A DNA stretch of 64,000 bases from an uncultured Gemmatimonadales bacterium (GTDB lineage: Bacteria > Gemmatimonadota > Gemmatimonadetes > Gemmatimonadales > GWC2-71-9). Both the position numbers and the translations under genes were made by a program. The stretch covers positions 96,001 through 160,000 of the forward strand of contig CAWCVB010000006.1 in assembly GCA_963798915.1 (NCBI GenBank). The letters run 5' to 3'. Below, piece after piece: positions 52,306 through 60,919 of this stretch. Numbering within the stretch: the first letter of the stretch is position 1; every line of letters starts with the position of its first letter. The notes beneath the pieces are model-generated. The model was not told the DNA's origin and did no database searches. It worked only from the letters and a program-made list of their open reading frames with translations.

Positions 52306-52969
52306 ATGCCTGGCTCTCGCTGAAGGTGAGGGTAAGCTTGGTCGGGACCGACGGCGCGACCAGCTGGCTACGGGCCGGCTGGTGCGCCTCCGTGAGCACA
52401 GTCTCCACCCGGCCGATCAGTTCTCCAGCCCGGCGTGCCTCCGCCCAGAGATGTGACCCGTCGCCTCGCCAGGCGTACCGGACCGTGTCAGGTCCTTGCG
52501 TCCACTGCCACTGGATGCGCACCGAGTCCATGAGGCCGCGCGCCGTGGCGCCGGCCGGCGGGTCCCGCATCATGCCGAGCATGGCCCACATCAACGGGTA
52601 GCTCGGCACCAGGCGTCGAATGACGTCTGGCGGGTCGGTCCACCGGGCGGAGTCACCGACCACGACAGCAGCCCCCCTGCCGCTTCCCAGCGGCCCAACG
52701 ACATCAAGCCGCACCGAATCCGGCGATGCGATCCGGGCTGATCCCCGACCGCCAGCCGCGCCGCGATCATCCTGAACCTGCCACCGAAACTTGAGAAGCT
52801 GGTGCCCGGGAGGGGCGGTCCGCGCCACCCAGTCTCCAACTTCCGCCGGCGTCGCCACTGGCGCGTCGGCCGGCAGGACCGGCAGCGGGGAGCCCGGGAC
52901 ACACCCCAGGAGCACGATGGCAAGATAGGAAACCGCCCACTGGCGGTCAATAAAAAAGCGTTGCGCCAT
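52262..52969 (-). CDS. Hypothetical probable lipoprotein, possible LolA/LolB-like fold
   Basis: LAIVLLG-C lipobox-like; GRGSARIASPDSVRLDVVGPLG; beta-rich; start overlaps the Omp85 gene stop. Confidence 0.6.
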   Translation of the reverse strand: MAQRFFIDRQWAVSYLAIVLLGCVPGSPLPVLPADAPVATPAEVGDWVARTAPPGHQLLKFRWQVQDDRGAAGGRGSARIASPDSVRLDVVGPLGSGRGAAVVVGDSARWTDPPDVIRRLVPSYPLMWAMLGMMRDPPAGATARGLMDSVRIQWQWTQGPDTVRYAWRGDGSHLWAEARRAGELIGRVETVLTEAHQPARSQLVAPSVPTKLTLTFSESQASDSFPTDLWSAPEP

Positions 52970-55809
52970 CAGTAGTTATAGCCAAAGAAGACCTGGAAAA
53001 AGCCGCGGTCGCGTTGCTTCTCGCTCAGGCCATAACCTAACCTGTCGTTGGCCCCGAAGCGGATGCCGGCATCCATCCGGACCACCACCAGCGGAGCCAG
53101 GGCCAGGCGTACGCCACCCCCCAGACTGCCGAGCATGGGGCGCTCGCTGCGATGCACCAGCCATGCCTGCCCCATGTCGACGAAGAGCGCGCCCTGGAAT
53201 TCGGGGAAGACAATGTCACCGACCGGGGTGCCAAGGACGAGCCGGTTCAGGAGCGGGAAACGAAGTTCCTGGTTCACCATCCAGTTCTTGGCACCGATGA
53301 CGTGACCAAAATTGGGATATCCCCGCAGCCCCGTCGTGCCGCCGATATTGATGCGACGGGGCCGGTCGCCGCCGCTGTAGAAGCCGAACAGCCGCGTGGC
53401 ATAAGACACCCGTGGCCCGATCCGAAAGTAGCGCCGGACATCGGCACTGAAGAGGTAGTTATCGAAGCGCGCATTCGAGAAGTCGCTGGCAACGCCCGCG
53501 GTCAGGGCGAGGCGGAATCCGTCGATCGGGCCCGAGGGAATCCACAACGAGTTGTCGTGGACATAGCTGATGTAGTTGGAGCCAATCAGGCCTTTGCGTC
53601 GGGGATCATCCACCGTCGGAAGATCGAAGTCTACGCGATCGGAATGCTCCATCGTCACCGTACCCTCGACGCGCGAGTGACGGGACAGCGGGTACCGCAG
53701 CATCCCGAGGACCCCTTCAGCGCGCTCCTCGTAGGATGCAAAGAGATCGCCTTCGAATATCCGGCCCGCAAACCGGTAGGCCCCGACGCCCCAGTTGATG
53801 CGGTGCCGCTGATTCAGGTAGACCAGGCTGCCGTTCAGGTTCTTGAAGAAGGACCCGAGCTCCCGGCTCTGGAATGATCCCACGCTCCCGTAGACGAGAT
53901 GATCATTCAGCAGGTCGGACAGGAGGAAGGCGGCACCTTGCACGCCGCCATAGCCCGGCGTGACCGAGACGCCACCGGTCGCGAAGTCGAGGGTCATCTT
54001 GCGATGGTACGGTTCGGTAGCCGTGTCCTGCACCGCCACCGCGGCCGGCGGTTCCCACACCCAGCGGGACGGCGTATCGTGGGACGCCAACGCGAACGTG
54101 TCCGTCTGGGCCGCGCTGTCGCGTGCCAGCCGGTAGATATTGAAGCTGCCATTCTGGAAGGATCCAGCCACCAGGCCGCCGCCAGGCACCGGCACGGCAT
54201 CGAAGGCGCCGCTCCAGGCTGACGACTCCCGTCGGCCACGACCGAGCGTATCCATGGACCAGACGTTGAGCACCTCGCCCCGGCTGGAGGTGAAGTAGAT
54301 CCGGTCGTCCCGCGTCCACACCGGCGTTTCGTCCACCCATGGCCCGGCGGTCACCTGACGCATCGCACCCGAATCCCGATCCAGGATGAAGAGGTTGATT
54401 GCGCCCGCCTCTCCTCCCGCGGTGCGATCGGAAGCAAAGACGAGGCGGTCACCGTCCGGCGAGGGACTGGGATCCAGATCCTGGTAGGTATCCGCAGTCA
54501 GCCGGGTGAGCTCGCCGCCAGGAACGGTGACTTGATAGAGGTCCGACATCCCGTTATCCGCGAGGCCACTGAACACGACGCTGCGGCCGTCGGGCATCCA
54601 GACCGGCGAAAGCACGGAAACGATTTCGGGAAACTGATAGCGGCCGGCAAGCCGCCGGTGCACGACATCCCAGATGACGAGCGCGTCCCGATCGTGGTAG
54701 CGCGCACTGAACAGGAGATAATCCGGCCGGCTGGCATCCACCCGGCTCTCGAACGGATGCATCGACTCCAGTCCGTCCGCCTTGCCCGCCGCAACGACCT
54801 CTCGCTGGGGGCCGAGGGTGTCCAGGCGACGCCGGTAGACCGTCATGTAGCCGGTGGCGGGCGAGGTGTAGTACGCCTCCGGTGCACTGTCACCGGTGGC
54901 CGCCAACGGCCGAAGCGCAGGCTTGATCGCGAGCCGTGCGAGTTGCACCCCCAGCAACGCCGGTGGCGCGCGCGATGCCGCAGCCGGGTAGAACTGCTGG
55001 CGCATGTAGTACTGGAACTCCTGGCTGAGCTGTTCCAGTGACCGGCCGTAGATCGCAGCGATGGCAGCTTCGAACGAGGGGTAGTGATTGAGCTCGCGAT
55101 AGAGCAGCGAGACCCGCCACTCGCCATAAGTGTCCGCCAGCCACTGGTGCAGCCGGCCACCCAGCGGATAGACCAGGAAGCCGGTGTAATACTTGAGCTG
55201 CTGCATGGTCGGCAGGCGGCCGGAGTAGGTCAGGTCTCGCAGCATCATTTCATCGCGCGCATCCTGTCCTCCCGACCAGAATTCGGCCAGGCCTTCGGTC
55301 CACCAGAGTGGAACACTGAATTGCGGTGCCCGCGGCGCCTGATGGAACGCGTCGCTCATCATGCTGAACTGGAACACATGCACCATTTCGTGCCGAAGTG
55401 TGTTGCGGAATTCCGCCAGATTGCCACGAAAGGGCATCGTCACCCTTCGCTTCATGAAATCGGTGGCGCCCAGCAGGCCCTCAGGAGGGACGAATGGCAG
55501 GATGTTGGTCTGTTCAAAGTCCACATGGGACGCATAGATGATCAGCGGTATCCTGGTCGACACCTCGTGTCCGAACCGGAGCGCAAGGGTATCGTAGCTG
55601 GCCTCGGCCCATTGGAGCGCGCTCGCCGCCAACCGGGCCTCCTGCGGATAGTAGTAGAGATCCACATGGGGTCCGCGCAGCGTGCGCCAATCGAACTTTC
55701 GATACTGAATCTTGTTCTGGCCGAATTCGAAGAACTGAGCCCGGGCCGGTGTAGCCGCGCCGGTGAGCACCAGCGCGACCAGAGCAAGCCTGCCGCAGGC
55801 GCGCGTCAG
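52969..55809 (-). CDS. Omp85-family outer membrane protein with N-terminal HExxH peptidase-like and PD40 beta-propeller domains, probable CTG start
   Basis: Signal peptide ending ARA-Q, FGQNKIQY, HEMVH plus WWTEGLAE, PD40 repeats (SPVWMPDG, PSPSPDG), LRGY motif, aromatic C-terminus FFGYNY. Confidence 0.82.
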   Translation of the reverse strand: MTRACGRLALVALVLTGAATPARAQFFEFGQNKIQYRKFDWRTLRGPHVDLYYYPQEARLAASALQWAEASYDTLALRFGHEVSTRIPLIIYASHVDFEQTNILPFVPPEGLLGATDFMKRRVTMPFRGNLAEFRNTLRHEMVHVFQFSMMSDAFHQAPRAPQFSVPLWWTEGLAEFWSGGQDARDEMMLRDLTYSGRLPTMQQLKYYTGFLVYPLGGRLHQWLADTYGEWRVSLLYRELNHYPSFEAAIAAIYGRSLEQLSQEFQYYMRQQFYPAAASRAPPALLGVQLARLAIKPALRPLAATGDSAPEAYYTSPATGYMTVYRRRLDTLGPQREVVAAGKADGLESMHPFESRVDASRPDYLLFSARYHDRDALVIWDVVHRRLAGRYQFPEIVSVLSPVWMPDGRSVVFSGLADNGMSDLYQVTVPGGELTRLTADTYQDLDPSPSPDGDRLVFASDRTAGGEAGAINLFILDRDSGAMRQVTAGPWVDETPVWTRDDRIYFTSSRGEVLNVWSMDTLGRGRRESSAWSGAFDAVPVPGGGLVAGSFQNGSFNIYRLARDSAAQTDTFALASHDTPSRWVWEPPAAVAVQDTATEPYHRKMTLDFATGGVSVTPGYGGVQGAAFLLSDLLNDHLVYGSVGSFQSRELGSFFKNLNGSLVYLNQRHRINWGVGAYRFAGRIFEGDLFASYEERAEGVLGMLRYPLSRHSRVEGTVTMEHSDRVDFDLPTVDDPRRKGLIGSNYISYVHDNSLWIPSGPIDGFRLALTAGVASDFSNARFDNYLFSADVRRYFRIGPRVSYATRLFGFYSGGDRPRRINIGGTTGLRGYPNFGHVIGAKNWMVNQELRFPLLNRLVLGTPVGDIVFPEFQGALFVDMGQAWLVHRSERPMLGSLGGGVRLALAPLVVVRMDAGIRFGANDRLGYGLSEKQRDRGFFQVFFGYNY

Positions 55810-57845
55810 CGCCGAATGGTGCGGATGATGTCGCCCTGAGTCAGGCGCACGAGGGTGGGGTATCCGGCGACCACCTTGCCGAAGACCGTATAGGTGCCAT
55901 CGAGATGAGGCTGCGGACTGAGATTGATGAACCATTGGCTGCTCCCCGTATCGGGGCCTGACAGGGCCATGCCGATGACCGGCTGATCATAGTGCTGGCT
56001 GTTGATCTCGTCCCGGACAAGCCGCCCGGACGACCCCCAGCCATCGCCACGCGGGTCCCCGTCCTGCACCACGAAGTCCGGGACGACGCGATGCCAGCGA
56101 TTGCCATCGAAAAAGTGACGGTCCACCAGCGACAGGAAATTGGCCACCGTGAGCGGAGCGTCGGGTCCCATGAGCTCGAGTTCCACCGTGCCACGCTGCT
56201 CGGTTTCGATTACGACGTGCGGACGGCGCACAGAATCTGGCGCCACGATGTATCGCCGCACGATCTCGCGATAGTCCTGGAGTGTTCGCCCCGGCTCGAG
56301 TGGATAGGCAGGGCCCCAGCGTGCGGCGGCGTCCGGCCAATATGACTCCGCCCATGCACGAATGACGTAATCGTCCGGTCGGCGTGCACGGCTGAACAGG
56401 GCCTGGTTCACATCCGCCTGCACCTGTCCCCCACGCTCACTGATCAGGCGGAGTCCGTCCAGGGCTGCGAGGGCGGCGTCGGGGAAGGAATCGCTTCCAG
56501 CCCGCAGGTAGGCGTCGGCAAGGCCGGCAATGTCCTCTGGCCTTCTGGCCCGGGCCAGAATGCCGGCGGCCACCGCCCGCATGACACCGTCGGACGAACG
56601 CAAGCGTCGGCGCGCGATGGCGAGCAACGGCGCATCTGGCTCAGCCTGGGAGGATGACCAGGCGAGGAGCGCCGCTGCCGCCACCCGGGAATCCCGGTCA
56701 TCCAGCAGCGCTGGCCTGGCGTGAAAGGAGCCGCTCGCCTCGGCCGCCGCCATCCGGCCGGGCCAGTCGGGTCGGCCGGCCCAGCGTTGCAGGCGGGGGC
56801 GCGCCGCCGTGGTGTCAATGCGTGACAGCGAGAGCAAGGCGGCCCGGTCAAGGGCAAAGAATGTTCCCTTGTCAATCACCTCGGTGAGCACGCGCACAGC
56901 GCCGGCTCCTCCCAGGTCGCCCAGGGACTGCGCGGCGCTCACCCGGACATTCGGCACCGGGTCATTCAAGCGGTCAGCGACGCGCTCGGCCATGCTGGAA
57001 TCACCCAGCGTGCCAATGGCGCGAAGCGCCGCTATGCGCACGCCCGGGTCGTCATCCGTGAGCAGCGGCAGCAGCAGGCGGGCGACCGCATCCCGTCCCA
57101 GACCGGCGCTGTCGACGAACGCCGGCGTGAAGGCCCGCACCGCGGCCGCGCGAGTGAGCGCCAGCGGATCGCGCATCGCCTCAGCCAGGCGCCGTGCCGC
57201 CGACGGTGGACGCAGGCGGCTCAGCGAATAGACCGCGCGCCATCGCATGTCGCCGCTGGTATCCGAAGTGAGCGGAAGCAAGGCGGTGACCGGCGCATCA
57301 GATCCCAGACGCCAGGCTTCCCGGGCGATACGCCGTCGCAGCAGTTCGAGGGCGTCCACGTCGAGTGCCACGCGGCCGCTCAGGATGGAACGGAAAATGT
57401 CCCCGACCCTGGGCCCGCCGATCTTTGCCAGCGAGGTCATGGCCTCAACCGCGCTCGAGATGTCCAGCACCGGCTCGGAGCGCAGTCGCTCGAGAATCGG
57501 ATCGATGGCGGCCGTATCTGCCAGCAGCCCCAGTCCGAAGACGGCGGAGAGCCGGACCGTCGTATCGGCATCCGTCATGGCCCGGATGAGCAAGTCGAGT
57601 CCGCGATGATCACCGATGCGACCGATGGCCACGGCGGCGAAGCTGCGGACCGATGAGTCAGGGTGGGTCAGAGCGGCATTGAGCACGGCCGAGTCGAATC
57701 GGCGGCTGTCCTCCGCCTGAAGCACCGGCGCCAGCACCTCGATGGTAGCACTTTCCTGCGCGTGGACACTTCGCACCGTGCCGGCATGGACAGCCAGGAG
57801 CGCCACGAAAACAACCACCCGTCGACAGACCGAAACACGCTTCAT
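55806..57845 (-). CDS. Exported HEAT-repeat protein with C-terminal cyclophilin-type PPIase domain
   Basis: Signal peptide; HEAT repeats (HPDSSVR, DADTTVR, DDDPGVR, DPVPNVR); APLTVANF, HRVVPDFVVQDGDP, GSSQWFI, HLDGTYTVFGKV. Confidence 0.9.
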   Translation of the reverse strand: MKRVSVCRRVVVFVALLAVHAGTVRSVHAQESATIEVLAPVLQAEDSRRFDSAVLNAALTHPDSSVRSFAAVAIGRIGDHRGLDLLIRAMTDADTTVRLSAVFGLGLLADTAAIDPILERLRSEPVLDISSAVEAMTSLAKIGGPRVGDIFRSILSGRVALDVDALELLRRRIAREAWRLGSDAPVTALLPLTSDTSGDMRWRAVYSLSRLRPPSAARRLAEAMRDPLALTRAAAVRAFTPAFVDSAGLGRDAVARLLLPLLTDDDPGVRIAALRAIGTLGDSSMAERVADRLNDPVPNVRVSAAQSLGDLGGAGAVRVLTEVIDKGTFFALDRAALLSLSRIDTTAARPRLQRWAGRPDWPGRMAAAEASGSFHARPALLDDRDSRVAAAALLAWSSSQAEPDAPLLAIARRRLRSSDGVMRAVAAGILARARRPEDIAGLADAYLRAGSDSFPDAALAALDGLRLISERGGQVQADVNQALFSRARRPDDYVIRAWAESYWPDAAARWGPAYPLEPGRTLQDYREIVRRYIVAPDSVRRPHVVIETEQRGTVELELMGPDAPLTVANFLSLVDRHFFDGNRWHRVVPDFVVQDGDPRGDGWGSSGRLVRDEINSQHYDQPVIGMALSGPDTGSSQWFINLSPQPHLDGTYTVFGKVVAGYPTLVRLTQGDIIRTIRR

Positions 57846-57863
57846 CGCATCTCCATGAGCGGC

Positions 57864-58298
57864 TCACACATCAAGGCGTACCGGATCCGGGACCGGCACC
57901 AGCCGGGACCGGATCGTTTCCGGCAGTCGTGCAGGACGCATGCCGGCGTCCAGCACCATCATGTCGGTCCGAGCGGTGGCGAGCAGACGGTTCGATTCCC
58001 CGTGCTCCACGGCGTAGCCGAAGGTGACCCGGCGCGAGGCGCAGTCGCGGACCCAGCATCGAACCTGCACAAGATCGTCGTACCGGGCAGGGCTGGCGTA
58101 GCGAATGGCGAGCCCACCGACCGCCAACCGGAAGCCCGACTCCTCCAGCTCACGGTAACTGATGCCCGTCCCCCTGAGGTGCTCAGTCCGTGCCACGTCG
58201 AGCCACACCACGTAGCGCGCATGGTAGGCGACCGCCATCTGGTCTGTCTCCGAATAATTGACGCGAAGCGTCACGGTCGACACACCTGGCAGGTTCAT
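57864..58298 (-). CDS. Acyl-CoA thioesterase (YbgC/4HBT family)
   Basis: RVNYSETDQMAVAYHARYVVWLDVART, YASPARYDD. Confidence 0.88.
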   Translation of the reverse strand: MNLPGVSTVTLRVNYSETDQMAVAYHARYVVWLDVARTEHLRGTGISYRELEESGFRLAVGGLAIRYASPARYDDLVQVRCWVRDCASRRVTFGYAVEHGESNRLLATARTDMMVLDAGMRPARLPETIRSRLVPVPDPVRLDV

Positions 58299-58369
58299 GG
58301 CGTGGAGCATCCGGGTTGGAGATTCGGGATCGCGTTGCGACCGACACAGGACGAACGGTATCTTGTGCC

Positions 58370-59095
58370 GTGCCGGTACAACGCCTGCTCGTCGTCGGGG
58401 ACGCCCATATCGGGGCCGCGCCACCGGAGAATGAGTCCGCCCTTCTTCGCTTCTTCCGCGAGGCGCCGGGCCGGGCCGACTCGCTGCTGGTCGTCGGCGA
58501 CCTGTTCGAATTCTGGTTCGGCTGGCGGGAGACGATCCCCCGGCGCGCCTTCCCCATTGCCGCTGCCCTCGCGGAGCTGGCCGCGCGCATGCCGGTCAGC
58601 ATGGTGGGCGGCAACCACGACCGCTGGGGCCGGCCATTCTGGGCCTCGACCGCGGGGCTCGCCTGGTCCCGCGCCGCACTGGAATTCCCGCTCGGCGGCC
58701 GCATGATCCGGGCCCTGCACGGCGACGGTCTCGCCGAGCGACCTGGACGACTCCGCTGGACGCATCGGCTCATCGGTCACCCAGCCACCGCTGCAATCTT
58801 CGCCCTGCTGCACCCGGACATCGGCGTCTGGCTGGTGGATCGCGTGGCGCCGCATCTCGGCGACCGCAACGCTACCCCGGCGCATCGTGCCGCGAGCGCG
58901 GCACGGCAACTGGCCTACGCACGCCTTGCCTCTGCCGGCACGGTTCCGCCCTGGATGCTCATCATGGGTCACACGCACGTGGCAGCCTACGAGGAGCTGG
59001 CTCCGGGCAGCTTCTACCTGAATCCGGGGCCCTGGCTGGAGGAGCAGCGCTACGCCATCGTGGACGCGGACGGTGCAGCGCTCCGGACCTTCTAG
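58370..59095 (+). CDS. lpxH: LpxH-like calcineurin-type metallophosphoesterase
   Basis: GDAHIG, GDLFEFW, GNHD, HGDG, GHTH, NPGPW; GTG start 5 nt after TATCTT. Confidence 0.72.
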   Translation: MPVQRLLVVGDAHIGAAPPENESALLRFFREAPGRADSLLVVGDLFEFWFGWRETIPRRAFPIAAALAELAARMPVSMVGGNHDRWGRPFWASTAGLAWSRAALEFPLGGRMIRALHGDGLAERPGRLRWTHRLIGHPATAAIFALLHPDIGVWLVDRVAPHLGDRNATPAHRAASAARQLAYARLASAGTVPPWMLIMGHTHVAAYEELAPGSFYLNPGPWLEEQRYAIVDADGAALRTF

Positions 59096-59886
59096 TCGAG
59101 CGGCACCACTTCCGCGCGCTCCAGCCGCGCTCCGACAAACCGCGCTCCTACAGCGAGAAACCGGCTGGCATCATCGCTCACCGCAAAACGGTGAGTACCA
59201 ATCGTCCCATTGGCTTCGAGCTGTTCGCGCTTCAGGATCTCGGCCAGGGCGATAGCCGTTTGCTCGGCGGAATCGATCAACGTGACCTGATCGCCTACGA
59301 CCCGCTGCAGGAGCGGCTTGATGAGCGGATAGTGGGTGCAACCCAGCACCAGGGTGTCCATCCCGCTCGCCATGAGAGGTGCCAGATACTCGCGGGCGAC
59401 GAGTTCCAGCGCCGGGTGGTCAAACCACCCTTCCTCGATGAATGGCACCAGCAGCGGGCAGGCGCGCTGGTTGACCGCGGTGTCCGGCCGCCGGCGGCGG
59501 ATGGCTGCCGGATAGGCCTCACTGGCAATCGTACCAGCGGTTCCGATAACGCCGACGCTGGCACGGGTCGCGGCGGCGGCGGCACGAGCGCCAGGCTCGA
59601 TGACGCCAATCACCGGCACCGGCGAAATCTCCTTCAGCTCCGGAAGGGCGTGCGCCGTGCTGGTGTTGCACGCCACGACCACAGCCTTGACGTTCTGCGC
59701 CAGCAGCCAGCTCAGAATTTCCCGGCTGTAGCGCCGCACGGTGTCCGGCGACTTGGGGCCATAGGGCACGCGCGCCGTGTCACCGAAATAGACCGTCGAT
59801 TCCGCCGGCAGCCTGTCAAAGACGGCCCGCGCGACGGTGAGCCCACCGATGCCCGAGTCAAAGATCCCTATCGGGGCGGAATTCAT
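59092..59886 (-). CDS. murI: Glutamate racemase
   Basis: FDSGIGGLTV, PYGPKS, ACNTS, LGCTHYP. Confidence 0.96.
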   Translation of the reverse strand: MNSAPIGIFDSGIGGLTVARAVFDRLPAESTVYFGDTARVPYGPKSPDTVRRYSREILSWLLAQNVKAVVVACNTSTAHALPELKEISPVPVIGVIEPGARAAAAATRASVGVIGTAGTIASEAYPAAIRRRRPDTAVNQRACPLLVPFIEEGWFDHPALELVAREYLAPLMASGMDTLVLGCTHYPLIKPLLQRVVGDQVTLIDSAEQTAIALAEILKREQLEANGTIGTHRFAVSDDASRFLAVGARFVGARLERAEVVPLD

Positions 59887-60350
59887 CGGAGGTGCAGAGG
59901 AATCGACGCGCCGGCGCTGAGACCGCCCGGGAAAGCCTTCAGGTCAAGTTCGGCCGGAAAATCCCAGAGCTTCGCCGACACGTAGGCTTCCAGCGCGCTG
60001 AGCACGTGATTGATTCCCATATACACCAACCAGTCCTCGCGCTTCCGGGTGTATTGATCGATCAGCACCTCGTCACCCGCATTCCTGGCCCGGTTCAGGT
60101 CGTGCTGGCTTTTCACTACCATCGTCGCCGTGCCGGCCTCGCCGGCAATGAACAGCAGTGCCGTGAGTTCGCGCCCGAGCGACAGCTGGCCCCAGCCGGG
60201 TACGACCAGCGATTTGAGCATGTTTCCTGTCGCACTCGGCCGATGAAGCGCAGCGGTATCGACCAACTGGGGCGCAGCGGCAGCTGGCGCGGAGTCCGTT
60301 GTGGTGGAATCCTGGGCTGACAGACTGCTCACAGCCAGGAGGAGCAACAG
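59883..60350 (-). CDS. Hypothetical membrane/exported protein (DUF5683-like); true start uncertain
   Basis: LLLLLAVSSLSA-QD, SLVVPGWGQ, SALEAYVSAKLWDF; stop overlaps murI start. Confidence 0.7.
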   Translation of the reverse strand: MLLLLAVSSLSAQDSTTTDSAPAAAAPQLVDTAALHRPSATGNMLKSLVVPGWGQLSLGRELTALLFIAGEAGTATMVVKSQHDLNRARNAGDEVLIDQYTRKREDWLVYMGINHVLSALEAYVSAKLWDFPAELDLKAFPGGLSAGASIPLHLR

Positions 60351-60384
60351 GCAGCCCGGCCACCAGGCGGCCGAGCGCCGCCGG

Positions 60385-60482
60385 TGGCGGGAGTGTGTGG
60401 GAATCGAACCCACCGGAGCCGCCAGTGGCGCCTCCGACGCGATTTTGAAGATCGGCCGGGCCACCAGACCCGTTCCACCCCC
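60385..60482 (-). tRNA. selC: tRNA-Sec (anticodon UCA)
   Basis: 98 nt; 8-position acceptor stem, 6-bp D-stem CGGGTC/GGCCCG with 4-nt loop, CTTCAAA anticodon loop, long variable arm, GTGGG-TTCGATT-CCCAC, discriminator G plus encoded CCA. Confidence 0.93.
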
Positions 60483-60536
60483 AGGTGGGCTGTCCTGGGA
60501 GCGCGCCGCGCCGGGCGACGTCCAGGCGCGCATCTC

Positions 60537-60917
60537 TCAGTTCCCGATCACAGCGATAAGGTCGATCTCGACCCGGGCGCCTTTCGGCAGCCCGGCGGCC
60601 GCCACCGTGCTGCGGGCAGGCCGGTGTGCTCCAAAGTGACGCGCGTAGACCGCGTTCATTGCCTGAAAGTCGTCCATGTCCGCGAGATACACGGTCGTCT
60701 TGACGACACACGAAAGGTCGGCCCCGGCCGCGGCAAGTACCGCGACGAGATTGGCAAAGACCTGCTCGGTTTGCGCAGCGGTGTCCGCGCCCACGAGTTC
60801 CATGGTGACCGGGTCGAGCGCAATCTGGCCCGCTGTGTACAGCAGGTTGGCATGGCGCACGGCCTGGCTGTAGGGCCCGATGGCGCGGGGCGCCTGTTCA
60901 GTCGCGACAAAGTCCAT
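60537..60917 (-). CDS. ridA: RidA/YjgF family reactive intermediate deaminase
   Basis: APRAIGPYSQA, AGQIALDP, VVKTTVYL, PARSTV, LPKGARVEID. Confidence 0.93.
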   Translation of the reverse strand: MDFVATEQAPRAIGPYSQAVRHANLLYTAGQIALDPVTMELVGADTAAQTEQVFANLVAVLAAAGADLSCVVKTTVYLADMDDFQAMNAVYARHFGAHRPARSTVAAAGLPKGARVEIDLIAVIGN

Positions 60918-60919
60918 GA

